The notes under the pieces were generated by a model. The model had not been told where the DNA came from and ran no database searches. It saw nothing but the letters and a program-made list of their open reading frames with translations. A program made the translations under genes and the position numbers. A DNA stretch of 64,000 bases, taken from positions 1,120,001 through 1,184,000 of the forward strand of contig CAVQEQ010000001.1 in the NCBI GenBank assembly GCA_963711565.1. The letters run 5' to 3'. Shown piece after piece: positions 7,855 to 21,288 of this stretch (positions within the stretch are counted from its first letter, which is position 1; the number at the start of each line of letters is the position of its first letter). This DNA is from an uncultured delta proteobacterium (GTDB lineage Bacteria > Desulfobacterota > Binatia > Binatales > Binataceae).

Positions 7855-9044
7855 TCATTTATATTTGCGCAGTTCGCGGCGCGCGATTGTCATGCGATGC
7901 ACTTCGTCGGGGCCGTCGGCGATTCGGAGTGCGCGGCTGTCGCGCCACATCCGGGCGAGCGGGAAGTCGTCGCTGACGCCAGCCGCGCCGAAGACCTGGA
8001 TTGCGCGATCGAGCACGATCATCACCATGTTCGCGCACATCACTTTTATCATCGCGATCTCGTTGCGCGCGGCGCTTTTGCCCGCGGTGTCCATCTTCCA
8101 CGCCGCATGCATGACCATCAGGCGGCACGAGTCGATCTCGATTCTCGAGTTGGCGATCCATTCCTGGATGTTGGACTTGTCGGCGAGGAAGCTGCCGTGG
8201 GTGAAGCGCGTGCTCGCCCGCTTGCACATCAGCTCGAGCGCACGTTCCGCGATTCCGATCGTGCGCATGCAATGGTGGATGCGTCCGGGGCCGAGGCGCG
8301 CCTGCGAGATCGCGAAGCCGCCGCCTTCTTCGCCGAGCAGGTTGGTCACCGGCACGCGGCAATCCTTGTAGATTATTTCGCAATGCCCGCCGCCGCCCGT
8401 GTGGCCCATCACGGGCACCGGGCGAATCAGGTTGAATCCAGGAGTGTCGGTCGGAACGATTATCTGGCTGGCGCGGCGATGCGGTTCCGCGTCGGGGTCG
8501 GTCACGACCATCGCGATCGCGAAGGCCGATCCGATCGCATTCGAGGTGAACCATTTGTGGCCGTTGATCACGTAGTTGTCGCCGTCGCGAACGGCGCGCG
8601 TCTTGAGCTGCGTCGGGTCGGAGCCCGGAGTGTCAGGCTCGGTCATCGAGAAGCAGGTGCGGATTTCGCCGTCGAGGCATTTTTGCAGCCACTGCTTTTT
8701 CTGATCGGGAGTGCCGAACTCGGCGAGGATTTCCATGTTGCCGGTATCGGGCGCCATGCAGTTGAACGCGCGCGCGCCGATCGAGCTGCGGCCCATCAGC
8801 TCGCACAGCGGGGCGTACTCGTAGTTCTTGAGGCCGGCGCGAATTTTTCGTCGGGCAGGAAGAGGTTCCAGAGGCCTTCGGCCTTGGCTTTTCTGCGGAC
8901 GTCCTTCAGCGATTGCGGTTCGGTGTTGCCGCTCTCGCCCATCGCGCGCTGAACTTCTTTCTCGATGGGGAAAACGTACTGGTCCATGAAGTCGGAGACG
9001 CGCTTGCGCAACTGTTCGGTCTTGGGGGTCAGCGAAAAGTCCAT
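7855..9044 (-). CDS. Acyl-CoA dehydrogenase (ACAD11-like), one frameshift at ~8840
   Basis: MDFSLTPK...GLWNLFLPDEKF joins GAGLKNYEYAPLCELMGRS...APDTGNME...MTEPD...ADGPDEVH if one G is restored (TTC G[G]C GCC). Confidence 0.88.
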
Positions 9045-9283
9045 TTCGATCCTCGCGGGGAGTAATGATTTGTATCGCAACAGGTAACCCAGATTGGGAG
9101 GAAATGAAAGGCGAGCGTCGCAGATACTACTCAAAGCGGGGCGGGGGAAGAGGAGCCGCGGGCAGGGCCGCCCGCGCCACTGAAATCAACCAAAAGATCA
9201 ACCAAGTTTGCCAGGCTTGAGTTGAGTGGCGCGGGCCGCCGTGCCCGCGGCTCTTCGTGTTGCAGCAGCCTGGAGCGAGGGAA

Positions 9284-10027
9284 TCAGGATGCGGGTTTGC
9301 GCATTACGTAGAAGACGTAGCCGTAGGCGTCGTGATAGGCGCGGAAAATATCGTGCTCGCGAGTTGTTTCGTCGAGGGTTGCCAGCGCCTCGGGATCGGC
9401 GGCGTACTTTTCTCGCAGCTCTTCGACGCGGCGCTCGGAGGGGCCGTAGTAGTTGTTCCACCAGTCCTGCGCGGGGAGAACGAAGCCGTCCATGCTGACG
9501 TATCCCGCTTCCGCGACGATTTGGCAGTTGCTCTCGATCGAGCCCATCGCGGGGTAGCCGCGCGCCCAATATTCGGCAGCCTCGGCCGGCGGATCGGGCA
9601 TCAGCCAGGTGAGTTCGGATACGACGAGCCATCCGCCGGGCTTCAGGAAGCGGCGCCATGCGGCGAGACCGGTGGCGAATCCTTCGATATAGATGGCGCC
9701 TTCGGACCAGATCAGATCGAATGACGCGTCGCCGAAATCCATGTCGAACATCGAGGCGTTGACGGTCGTCACCTGCGAGAGAACCCCGGCCGCCTTGGCG
9801 CGTTCGGTCAGCTCGTCGAGGAATCGCTGGCGGATGTCGACCGCGACGATCCATCCGCCGGTGGCGCGCGCGAGGTCGATCGTCTGCGCGCCGGGACCGC
9901 ATCCGACGTCCAGGATTCGCGGCTGATCGGGCAGGCCGCGCACGAGGCCTAGCGCGCGCAGCGTTGCGGCCGCCGAGCCGGGAGCCTGTCGCGGCAGACC
10001 TTCTGTCAATTCGCGGAAAATGCTCAT
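9284..10027 (-). CDS. Class I SAM-dependent methyltransferase
   Basis: ILDVGCGPG, FDLIWSEGAIY, LKPGG; start MSIFRE with GGGGGAG RBS. Confidence 0.9.
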   Translation of the reverse strand: MSIFRELTEGLPRQAPGSAAATLRALGLVRGLPDQPRILDVGCGPGAQTIDLARATGGWIVAVDIRQRFLDELTERAKAAGVLSQVTTVNASMFDMDFGDASFDLIWSEGAIYIEGFATGLAAWRRFLKPGGWLVVSELTWLMPDPPAEAAEYWARGYPAMGSIESNCQIVAEAGYVSMDGFVLPAQDWWNNYYGPSERRVEELREKYAADPEALATLDETTREHDIFRAYHDAYGYVFYVMRKPAS

Positions 10028-10079
10028 CTCCCCCGCGCAATACTGCCGCTCGACGCGGGGGAACTCAAACGCCCGGCGG

Positions 10080-10844
10080 TCAGGTGCGCGGCTTGTCGGC
10101 GGCGAAGCGGAGGCGAATGTAGTCGGCGAACCATTGGCCATCGGCGCCGCAGAGATTGGGACGCAGCGCTTCGCGAACCTCGTCGATGAAGGCGGCGCGA
10201 GCGCCGGCCGCCAGCGGCGCCATGAAGCTCTGCGCAAAGGTCTGGAGCCATCCGTTGATTTCGGTCGGCAACGGAGTCGGGCGCGGAATCAGCGCGATAT
10301 ACCTGACGGCGAAGCCGCGGCGTGCGAGCCGCGCGGAATAATCCTCGACGGTCGGGAAATACCACGGGTTGAGCGCGTCGCCGTCGATGCCGCGGCGGTG
10401 GAGTGCGTCGAGCAGCGCGCGCTTAATCGTCTCGACGCAGCCGTGGCCGCCGAACTCGCCGACGAAGCGGCCGCCGGGCCTGAGCGCGCGCCATACGCCG
10501 TCGATCACGTCGTCCGGCGGCTTCATCCAGTGGATCGCGGCGTTGCTGAAGACGGCGTCGAACTCGGTGTCGAAACAGAGACGCTCGCCGTCGGCGACGC
10601 GCGCGTCGAGGCCGAGGCGGCGTGCGGCTTCGACCTGGGGCGCACTCGAATCGACGCCGATGACGTCGCTTCCGATAGCGGCGACTTTCAGTGTGAGCGC
10701 TCCGTCACCGCATCCGAGGTCGAGGATTCGCTCGCCGGCGCGCGGCGCGAGCAGGTCGACGACCGGCGCGCCGAGGTCGGAGACGAAGCGGGCGTTGCGT
10801 GCGTATGCGTCGGGGTCCCAGCTTTGATTTGTAGGCGTAGCCAT
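10080..10844 (-). CDS. Class I SAM-dependent methyltransferase (Tam-like)
   Basis: ILDLGCGDG, FDAVFSNAAIHW, LRPGGRFVGEFGG, WFADYIRLRF. Confidence 0.92.
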   Translation of the reverse strand: MATPTNQSWDPDAYARNARFVSDLGAPVVDLLAPRAGERILDLGCGDGALTLKVAAIGSDVIGVDSSAPQVEAARRLGLDARVADGERLCFDTEFDAVFSNAAIHWMKPPDDVIDGVWRALRPGGRFVGEFGGHGCVETIKRALLDALHRRGIDGDALNPWYFPTVEDYSARLARRGFAVRYIALIPRPTPLPTEINGWLQTFAQSFMAPLAAGARAAFIDEVREALRPNLCGADGQWFADYIRLRFAADKPRT

Positions 10845-10848
10845 ATGC

Positions 10849-10862
10849 TTAACTATAGTTAA
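10849..10862. promoter_or_regulatory. Perfect 14-bp palindrome, candidate operator
   Basis: TTAACTATAGTTAA, 4 nt upstream of the methyltransferase ATG. Confidence 0.5.
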
Positions 10863-11016
10863 TAATCATCGCGAAGCGATAGTATTAAATGTGAAACCCC
10901 TCCTGGGTTTCACGCTTCCGTGGGCAGGGGTAACCCCTGCACCTTAGTATTAGGAATAGATGTCCCCGGGATCGCTTGACACATCTCGGTGTCTGGCGGC
11001 AGGCTCGATCATCGAG

Positions 11017-11355
11017 ATGATACCGAGGCTTCACAAGAGCGGCAGAACCACGACGCGTGCGATCGCGATTTTCGGCGCGGCGCTGCTGTTGCTCGTCTCG
11101 CAGACTATCGGCGTCGCTCATTTTCATGAGGGCACCGTTCCTCGCGACGGAATCGTAGCGCCGCAAGCCGGCACCGACCCGGGATTGTGTCCGGTTTGTC
11201 AATTGGCGCTGCATTCGCCGGGATCGGTCACCGCGGCAACGACGGTGGCGCGCGGGGCGGTGATGGCCGAGACGATATTTATCGCCGCGCCGACTCGACT
11301 CGAGTCGCCGGTGTTCTCGATCGCGCGTGTGCGCGCTCCGCCCGTTTCGCTCTAA
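11017..11355 (+). CDS. DUF2946-like (CruR-like) leader protein with CPxC and C-terminal RAPP
   Basis: N-terminal hydrophobic segment, AHFH, CPVCQ, ends RVRAPPVSL; lies directly upstream of a TonB-dependent receptor. Confidence 0.8.
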   Translation: MIPRLHKSGRTTTRAIAIFGAALLLLVSQTIGVAHFHEGTVPRDGIVAPQAGTDPGLCPVCQLALHSPGSVTAATTVARGAVMAETIFIAAPTRLESPVFSIARVRAPPVSL

Positions 11356-11463
11356 GCCCCCTTTTCGACATATCCGATTTTCTTATGGCGCGCGCGATCG
11401 ATTCGCGCGGCCGCTCGCGTCTGAGGGGCGCGGGGGGAACTTTGAAAGAACGGGAGCTTTGCG

Positions 11464-13866
11464 ATGCGGAGGAATTTATTTGCGTGGATCCCGGTAGCTG
11501 GGATCCTGATTCAACTGGTCATTTGCATGCCGGCGGCAGCGGCTAATTTGAAGAAGACGATCACGAAATACCGAGTCACGGGCGTGGTGAAGGACGCGCT
11601 CGGCAGACCGATCAAACAGGCGGCACTGTCGATCCAGGGATCCAGTGGGCGGGTCGTGGCGCATGCGTTGAGCAACGATGCGGGAGAATTCTCGTTCAGC
11701 GTGAGCGGGCGCGGCGTTTACGCGGTCGTTGCGATCAGGCCCGGATTCAAGACGGCGACCACGATCGTTTCGGTCCCGGCGAAGGGCGCCGCGCCAGTGG
11801 TGGTTGCGATGGAAGCCGAGGCGGCGGTCAGTCTCGCGGTGGCGGCGACGCGGCTGGACCAGTCGCGCAATAGCTTGTCGCCAAACACGGGCGGCAGCAA
11901 GTACACGTTCACTGCCAAGGCGATTCAGCAGTTACCGCAGGGCGCGAACACGCCTTTGAACCAGGTGATACTGCAGGCGCCGGGCGTCGCGCAGGATTCC
12001 TACGGACAGATTCACGTGCGCGGCGACCACGCCAATCTTCAATACCGGATAAACGGGATTCAGCTGCCCGAAGGGATTACCGGCTTCGGACAGGTGCTTA
12101 GTCCGCGCTTCGCGCAGTCGATCAGCCTGCTGACCGGTGTGTTGCCGGCACAATACGGCCTGCGCACGGCGGGCATCGTCGATATCAAGACCAAGGACGG
12201 GTTGCTCGACCCCGTTGCCGACGTGGATTTTTACGGGGGTCAGCGCGGGACGACGCAGCCGAGCTTCCAGTACGGCGGATCGAAGGGCAACTTCAGCTAC
12301 TACATGACGGGGCAATACCTGGGTACGGATCGCGGTGTCGAGCCGCCGACCTCGGGGCCCACCGCGATTCACGATACGAGCAATCAGGGCGGCTTCTTCG
12401 GGTACTTTCAGTACCTGCTCAATTCGACGACCCGGCTGAGCTTGATCACCGGGACGGCGATCAATCATTTTCAAATTCCCGCGAATCCAGGGCAGCCGCA
12501 GGTGTTCATGCTGGCAGGGGTGCCGGTCTATCCGTCGGCGAAGGTGCGGGATAACCAGTTCGAGCAGAACTACTTCAACGTGCTGGCGCTCCAGGGCGTG
12601 ATTGGCGAAAACATCGACTACCAGATCGCACCGTTCAGCCGTTACTCGGCGGTCACCTTCAATCCGGACCATACCGGCGACCTGATCTATAACGGCGCCG
12701 CGGCGAAGGTTTTTCGCAGCGACTGGGGCAACGGTTTTCAGCTCGACACCGCTTATCACGGGATTGCCGATCATACATTCCGGCTCGGCGGGTATTTCGA
12801 TGCGGAGCGCGCCGAGATCGACAATCACGAGTCCACATTCCCCGCTATCGGTGGCGTCCAGTCGTCAGATGTTCCCATCTCGTTCGTCAACGACCTCGCG
12901 CTGCAGACCTGGATTTACAGCGGGTACATCCAGGACGAGTGGAAGCTGACGAAGACACTGACATTCAACTACGGCGTCCGCTTCGACCTGTACGACGGCC
13001 TGGTGCGGGCGGATCAGGCCAGTCCGCGCGCGGCGCTGGTGTACACTCCGTTCAAAGGCACGACACTGCACGCGGGCTATGCCCGTCAGATGACGCCGCC
13101 CGAGACCGAGCTGGTGTCGGTGAGCAATATCAAGCAGCTCGAAGGTACTACGGGGGCGCCACCTTCGAAGGGCAACGGCACTCCGACCGTGGAGCGCGAC
13201 CACCTGTTTGACGCGGGCGTGACGCAGGACATTCTTCCCGGCCTGAACGTCGGCATCGATTCGTATTACAAGAAGGCCTCCGACCTGATCGACGAAGGGC
13301 AGTTCGGGCCGGCGCTTATCTTCGAGACGTTCAACTACAACAAAGGACGCGTGTGGGGCGTCGAGTTCACGAGTTCGTACACTCACGAGAGCTTTTACGC
13401 TTACAACAACTTCGCCTACAGCGTCGCGCAGGGGACGCAGGTGGTGTCGGGACAGTTCAATTTCACGCCCGCCGAGCTCAGCTACATCAATAGTCACTAC
13501 GTGTTTCTCGATCACGATCAGACCTTCACCAATTCCGCCGGGGCAACGTACACCTGGCATGGATTCGGCTTCAGCATCGATGGAATTTACGGCAGCGGCC
13601 TGAGAAGCGGCTTCGCCAATACTGGGAACCTGCCGTTCTATGTCCAGGTCGACGCGGGCATCACGAAGCGTGTGCCGATTCCCAACAATGGCGGCACGCT
13701 CGAGTTTCGGACCGCGATTATTAATCTAGCCGATCGCACCTACCTGGTTCGAAATGGTACGGGAATCGGCGTGTTTGCCGACCAATACGGCCCTCGCCGG
13801 GCATTATACGGCGGGATAAAGTGGGAACTCCCCTTCACCAAGCCCGCCAGTGCGCAGACGCCATGA
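11464..13866 (+). CDS. TonB-dependent receptor with N-terminal carboxypeptidase-regulatory-like domain
   Basis: Signal peptide; VTGVVKDALGRPI domain; plug (QAPGVAQDSYGQIHVRGDHANLQYRINGI); YIQDEWKL...GVRFD barrel strands. Confidence 0.93.
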   Translation: MRRNLFAWIPVAGILIQLVICMPAAAANLKKTITKYRVTGVVKDALGRPIKQAALSIQGSSGRVVAHALSNDAGEFSFSVSGRGVYAVVAIRPGFKTATTIVSVPAKGAAPVVVAMEAEAAVSLAVAATRLDQSRNSLSPNTGGSKYTFTAKAIQQLPQGANTPLNQVILQAPGVAQDSYGQIHVRGDHANLQYRINGIQLPEGITGFGQVLSPRFAQSISLLTGVLPAQYGLRTAGIVDIKTKDGLLDPVADVDFYGGQRGTTQPSFQYGGSKGNFSYYMTGQYLGTDRGVEPPTSGPTAIHDTSNQGGFFGYFQYLLNSTTRLSLITGTAINHFQIPANPGQPQVFMLAGVPVYPSAKVRDNQFEQNYFNVLALQGVIGENIDYQIAPFSRYSAVTFNPDHTGDLIYNGAAAKVFRSDWGNGFQLDTAYHGIADHTFRLGGYFDAERAEIDNHESTFPAIGGVQSSDVPISFVNDLALQTWIYSGYIQDEWKLTKTLTFNYGVRFDLYDGLVRADQASPRAALVYTPFKGTTLHAGYARQMTPPETELVSVSNIKQLEGTTGAPPSKGNGTPTVERDHLFDAGVTQDILPGLNVGIDSYYKKASDLIDEGQFGPALIFETFNYNKGRVWGVEFTSSYTHESFYAYNNFAYSVAQGTQVVSGQFNFTPAELSYINSHYVFLDHDQTFTNSAGATYTWHGFGFSIDGIYGSGLRSGFANTGNLPFYVQVDAGITKRVPIPNNGGTLEFRTAIINLADRTYLVRNGTGIGVFADQYGPRRALYGGIKWELPFTKPASAQTP

Positions 13867-13913
13867 AACGCAACGTGAGCGGCAGGCGTCAGATCGTAAG
13901 GAGAACTGACTAA

Positions 13914-14585
13914 ATGCAGGAACTAAGAACAGCGTGGCAGGCGATCCAGTACGGCGGCGCGATGGTCTATCCGCTGCTAGCGCTGGGCGTGCTTGCAATC
14001 GCGATTATTATCGACCGGGGCGTGCTGTACGCACGATGCCTGCGGATGCCGGCGGTGGTCGCGGACCTGGTCGAAACGTTCGGGTTTTCGTGGGCGGAAC
14101 TCGAAAAGCAGTTGAAACAGCTCGGGCCGCGCAACGCATACGGGCGCTTCCTGCAAGTAATTGCCGACAATCGCAACCAGCCCGCGTGGTGGGTCGAATC
14201 GAGAGCCGGCGACGAAGCGGGGCGAATCGAGAAGACGCTCGCGCGCGGACTGTGGGTGCTCGAGACGATTGTGACGGCGGCGCCGCTGCTCGGGCTGCTC
14301 GGCACTATCACGGGCATGATGCAGTCCTTCAACGTGATCGGCGCGTCAACGCTGGTGGCGCCGACGCAGGTGACGGCGGGCGTCGCGCAGGCACTGATCG
14401 CGACGGCGCTCGGCCTGCTGATCGCGGTGCTGGCGCTGTTCGCGTTCAACCTGTTTTCGCGAATGCAATCGCAGTCGCTCGACACGATGGAGCGGCTCGG
14501 CTCGCGGCTGGTCGATCATATCCGGCTCGACCAGGAGGGCGGTGAGGCTGCGCCCGGTCCGCGGTCGGCGGCGATGGCGCGATGA
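13914..14585 (+). CDS. exbB: MotA/TolQ/ExbB proton channel protein
   Basis: APLLGLLGTITGMM, GVAQALIATALGL. Confidence 0.92.
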   Translation: MQELRTAWQAIQYGGAMVYPLLALGVLAIAIIIDRGVLYARCLRMPAVVADLVETFGFSWAELEKQLKQLGPRNAYGRFLQVIADNRNQPAWWVESRAGDEAGRIEKTLARGLWVLETIVTAAPLLGLLGTITGMMQSFNVIGASTLVAPTQVTAGVAQALIATALGLLIAVLALFAFNLFSRMQSQSLDTMERLGSRLVDHIRLDQEGGEAAPGPRSAAMAR

Positions 14586-14980
14586 AAATCCAGCGCGCAC
14601 GCCATTTTCGTCACGGCCGCATCGAGATCATCCCGATGATCGACGTGATGTTCTTTCTGCTGGTGACGTTCATGCTCGCGTCGCTGTCGATGCAGACCCT
14701 CAACTCGATCGCGGTCAATCTGCCCAAGGGCAACGCCGAATCGATGGAGCATCAGGAGCCGATCACGCTGACCGTCACGCACGACAGCAAAATTTTCATC
14801 GACAAGACGCCGACCACGCTCGATCAAATTGCGTTCATCCTCAAGCCGATGCTCAAGACGAACGACTTGGGCGTGGTGGTGAACGCGGACACCGACGCGC
14901 CCGAGGGGACGGTGGTTGAGGCGATGATCGAGGCGCGGCGCGCGGGCGTCGAGAAATTTCTGATCGCGGTGAAGCATTAG
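14582..14980 (+). CDS. exbD: ExbD/TolR biopolymer transporter
   Basis: IEIIPMIDVMFFLLVTFML, VNLPK, VNAD; ATGA overlap with exbB. Confidence 0.93.
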   Translation: MKIQRARHFRHGRIEIIPMIDVMFFLLVTFMLASLSMQTLNSIAVNLPKGNAESMEHQEPITLTVTHDSKIFIDKTPTTLDQIAFILKPMLKTNDLGVVVNADTDAPEGTVVEAMIEARRAGVEKFLIAVKH

Positions 14981-14982
14981 CA

Positions 14983-15723
14983 GTGGCCGGAGCGGCTCAA
15001 ATAGCGATGCGACCGCCGGAGCTGGACGAACCGGCGCGGCGCCTGCTGTGGATCATTCCGCTATCGATCCTGGTCTGGGGGGCTCTGCTGAGCGTATTTT
15101 CTCTCATCCTGACTCGCACCGCGGTGTTTCCGCAGGCAGAGCAGACGCCGATTGAGGCGCGGCTGGTCGAGATACCGAAAGAAGTCGGCGGATTGCAGGG
15201 CAACGGTGGTGCGCTTCATCCGTCGGCGCCGGCGATTCCCCATCCCAAGCCCGCGCCGGTCGTCAAGCCTCATGTGAAAAAGGTCGCGCCGCTGCCGCCG
15301 GTTATTCGATCTCCCTACGGCACTGAAAAATCCACCGCCGCCCCAAGCGTCGAGGAAAAGCCCGGCACGAGCACGGGGAGCGCGTCGGAGAGTGGCGAAA
15401 GCGGCAGTGCTGGAACGGGAGAAGGCGAAGGCGGCGGCGGCGGAATCGGCACTGACACGGTGGGTGCGCGGGCGATTTACGCGCCGACGCCGGTGATACC
15501 CGACGACTTGCGCGAGGACGTTATCCAGACCGAAGCGGTCGCGCGCTTCAACGTTTCGTTCGACGGCACCAGTGAGGTGACGATGGAAAAGCCGACCTCG
15601 AGTCCGCGGCTCAACCAGGTGCTGCTCGACACCCTCAAGCAGTGGAAGTTTTTTCCGGCGGTGAAGAACGGCGTGGCGATCCCGTCGTCGTTCGAGGTTC
15701 GAATCCCGATTTCGGTGCAGTAG
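14983..15723 (+). CDS. tonB: Energy transducer TonB
   Basis: Single N-terminal TM helix, Pro/Gly-rich linker, C-terminal WKFFPAVKNG domain; start may be 15007. Confidence 0.85.
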   Translation: MAGAAQIAMRPPELDEPARRLLWIIPLSILVWGALLSVFSLILTRTAVFPQAEQTPIEARLVEIPKEVGGLQGNGGALHPSAPAIPHPKPAPVVKPHVKKVAPLPPVIRSPYGTEKSTAAPSVEEKPGTSTGSASESGESGSAGTGEGEGGGGGIGTDTVGARAIYAPTPVIPDDLREDVIQTEAVARFNVSFDGTSEVTMEKPTSSPRLNQVLLDTLKQWKFFPAVKNGVAIPSSFEVRIPISVQ

Positions 15724-15754
15724 ATCCTCCTCTCTGTAGTGCTGTTTTTTGTTC

Positions 15755-16123
15755 GTCATCCTGACGCAGCGAGCATCGCGAGCGGTAGGAAGGATCTCGG
15801 ACAGCGGCGCGTTAGCGCCGCCGGTTCCGGTTTTGGGTTGCTGCGTCCGATGAGAATGCTGGGGGGCTGGTGCGACGGAGTCAGAAGCGGACCGCTTCGC
15901 GATTTCAAAACCGGAACCGGCTTCGCGTGCGCGAAGCTGTCCGGAGGCCAGAAGCCATGCCTCCCGTCGCTTCGCTCCCGTCGTCGGAATGACAGAGGGG
16001 CTCCGCGTTGCTTGTTTTGTCGCGATGACGGAATCGCGCGAAGCGCGCGTCGGAACCTAACCCCTTCCCGCACGGGAAGGGGGACCTGAATATCTCGGAG
16101 TTGCTTGCATTGTCAGGATGACG
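15755..16123. repeat. BIME-like cluster of REP family A and B units between convergent tonB and argE-like genes
   Basis: 15755-15833 is the reverse complement of the 7704-7782 unit; 15908-15943 is identical to 7704-7739; further GGAATGAC/GGATGAC ends; CCCCTTCCCG-CA-CGGGAAGGGG hairpin at 16061-16082. Confidence 0.85.
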
Positions 16124-17306
16124 AGGCGCAGCACAGGCGGTCGAGGACTTTGTGAATCATTGCGGGGCCGCGTTCGAAGGCGTCGCGGCGGACGTGCTCG
16201 TTGGGCTGATGCGCCTGCTCGAGGTCGCCGGGGCCGCAGATTAGCGATGTGATGCCGGAGCCGGTGAACCATCCGCCGTCGGTCGCGTAGAGCGCGCCGC
16301 CGGCGGTTTTCGCGCCGGTTACGTCGAACAGCGCGGCTTCCAGGGCCGTTCCGCGCGGTGAGTCGAGGGGCGGCACGACGTTCAGGACGGCCATCTCGAT
16401 TTTCGCGCGACGCTCGCGGCCGGCGTAGTCGTGGCCGTCAACCGCGGCGAGCCGACGCTCGATCTCGTGGTAAACGCCGAGCGGATCGGCGTCGGGCAGC
16501 GAGCGGTAGCTGATGCGCAGCTTGCATTCCTCGGCGATCATGTTGAGCGCGATACCGCCGTTCACGATTCCGAAATTCAGCACGTCGTGCGGCGCGTCGG
16601 GAAAAATCTCGGCATATTCGGCAGGTCGGCGCGCCGTAAGCTCCTGCTGATAGCGGCCGATCGTGTCCATGACTCGAGCCATCACGGCAATCGCGTTGAC
16701 GCCACGGGCCGGCGCGCCGCTGTGGCCGCCGATGCCGCGGACAGTTACCGTGAACCCTACGATGCTCTTGTGTGCGCGCGACACTTCCCACGAGGTCGGC
16801 TCGCCGATCCACGCCAAGCGCGGGACCGAGGTTTCGCCTAGGATTTGCTTGAGCGCGGGCGCGACGCTCTTGGCGCCGAGGCAGCCGATTTCCTCGCTCG
16901 CAGTGAAGACGAATACCAGGGGGCGCGTGAGCCGGGATGAATCGAGCGTGCGCGCCGCGTCGAGGCATTGCGCGATAAAGCCCTTCATGTCGGTGGTGCC
17001 GCGGCCGTAAATTCTCTCGCCCGCGAGCTCAAGCTTGAGCGGCTCGCGTTCCCATCCGGGCTGGCCGTCGAAGGGGACAACGTTAACGTGCCCGGAAATT
17101 ATCAGACCGTCGGCGCGCGGCGGACCAATCCATGCGACGAGATTGGCCTGCGCGACGCCGAACAGCTCGACCGGTTGAATTGCGGTTTTGAATCCTCGCG
17201 GCGCGAGCTGTCCCGCGATGTATTCCATCGCGTCGCGATCGCTTTTGGCGCTGACCGTATCGAACGCGACGAGCCGCTTCGCGACCTCATACAAGTAGTC
17301 GTTCAT
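16113..17306 (-). CDS. argE: M20 metallopeptidase, ArgE (acetylornithine deacetylase)-like
   Basis: SGHVNVVP, GRGTTDMKG, EEIG, IGEPT, GHSG, GPGDLEQAHQPNE. Confidence 0.8.
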   Translation of the reverse strand: MNDYLYEVAKRLVAFDTVSAKSDRDAMEYIAGQLAPRGFKTAIQPVELFGVAQANLVAWIGPPRADGLIISGHVNVVPFDGQPGWEREPLKLELAGERIYGRGTTDMKGFIAQCLDAARTLDSSRLTRPLVFVFTASEEIGCLGAKSVAPALKQILGETSVPRLAWIGEPTSWEVSRAHKSIVGFTVTVRGIGGHSGAPARGVNAIAVMARVMDTIGRYQQELTARRPAEYAEIFPDAPHDVLNFGIVNGGIALNMIAEECKLRISYRSLPDADPLGVYHEIERRLAAVDGHDYAGRERRAKIEMAVLNVVPPLDSPRGTALEAALFDVTGAKTAGGALYATDGGWFTGSGITSLICGPGDLEQAHQPNEHVRRDAFERGPAMIHKVLDRLCCASSS

Positions 17307-17497
17307 AATGCCACCCGGACGTGGATGCGGTCAGAAGAATCGCACAATCGGGGTGTTCATCACAAATCGACATCTGATAACACCGCGGAAATACTCATGT
17401 ATTGGGCGAAGCGCGTTCGGGATAGGCAATCGGACGGGCTCGTGGCTAGAATGCTGGGGTCGGGTTGGGAGGTGGTGGGGTGGAAGCGAACGAGTAT

Positions 17498-21127
<3,630 letters not shown>

Positions 21128-21288
21128 CTTTCTACCTCTTTGCCGCCAGGTGAGTGTTGGCGCAACGCCAGCCCAGCGGGTCGGTACGGCCAGTTTAGTG
21201 CGTCTCGCCTGAAATGCACAAATTCCCGGCGTGCCGTCAGGAACGCGAACCCCCGATTGACCCGAATTTAGCTGCGGGCGCGGCTAGC

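Noticed and set aside
8796-8850. Programmed ribosomal frameshifting at the split genes
   Set aside because: No consistent slippery heptamer or stimulatory structure across the five sites; single-base indels explain all of them
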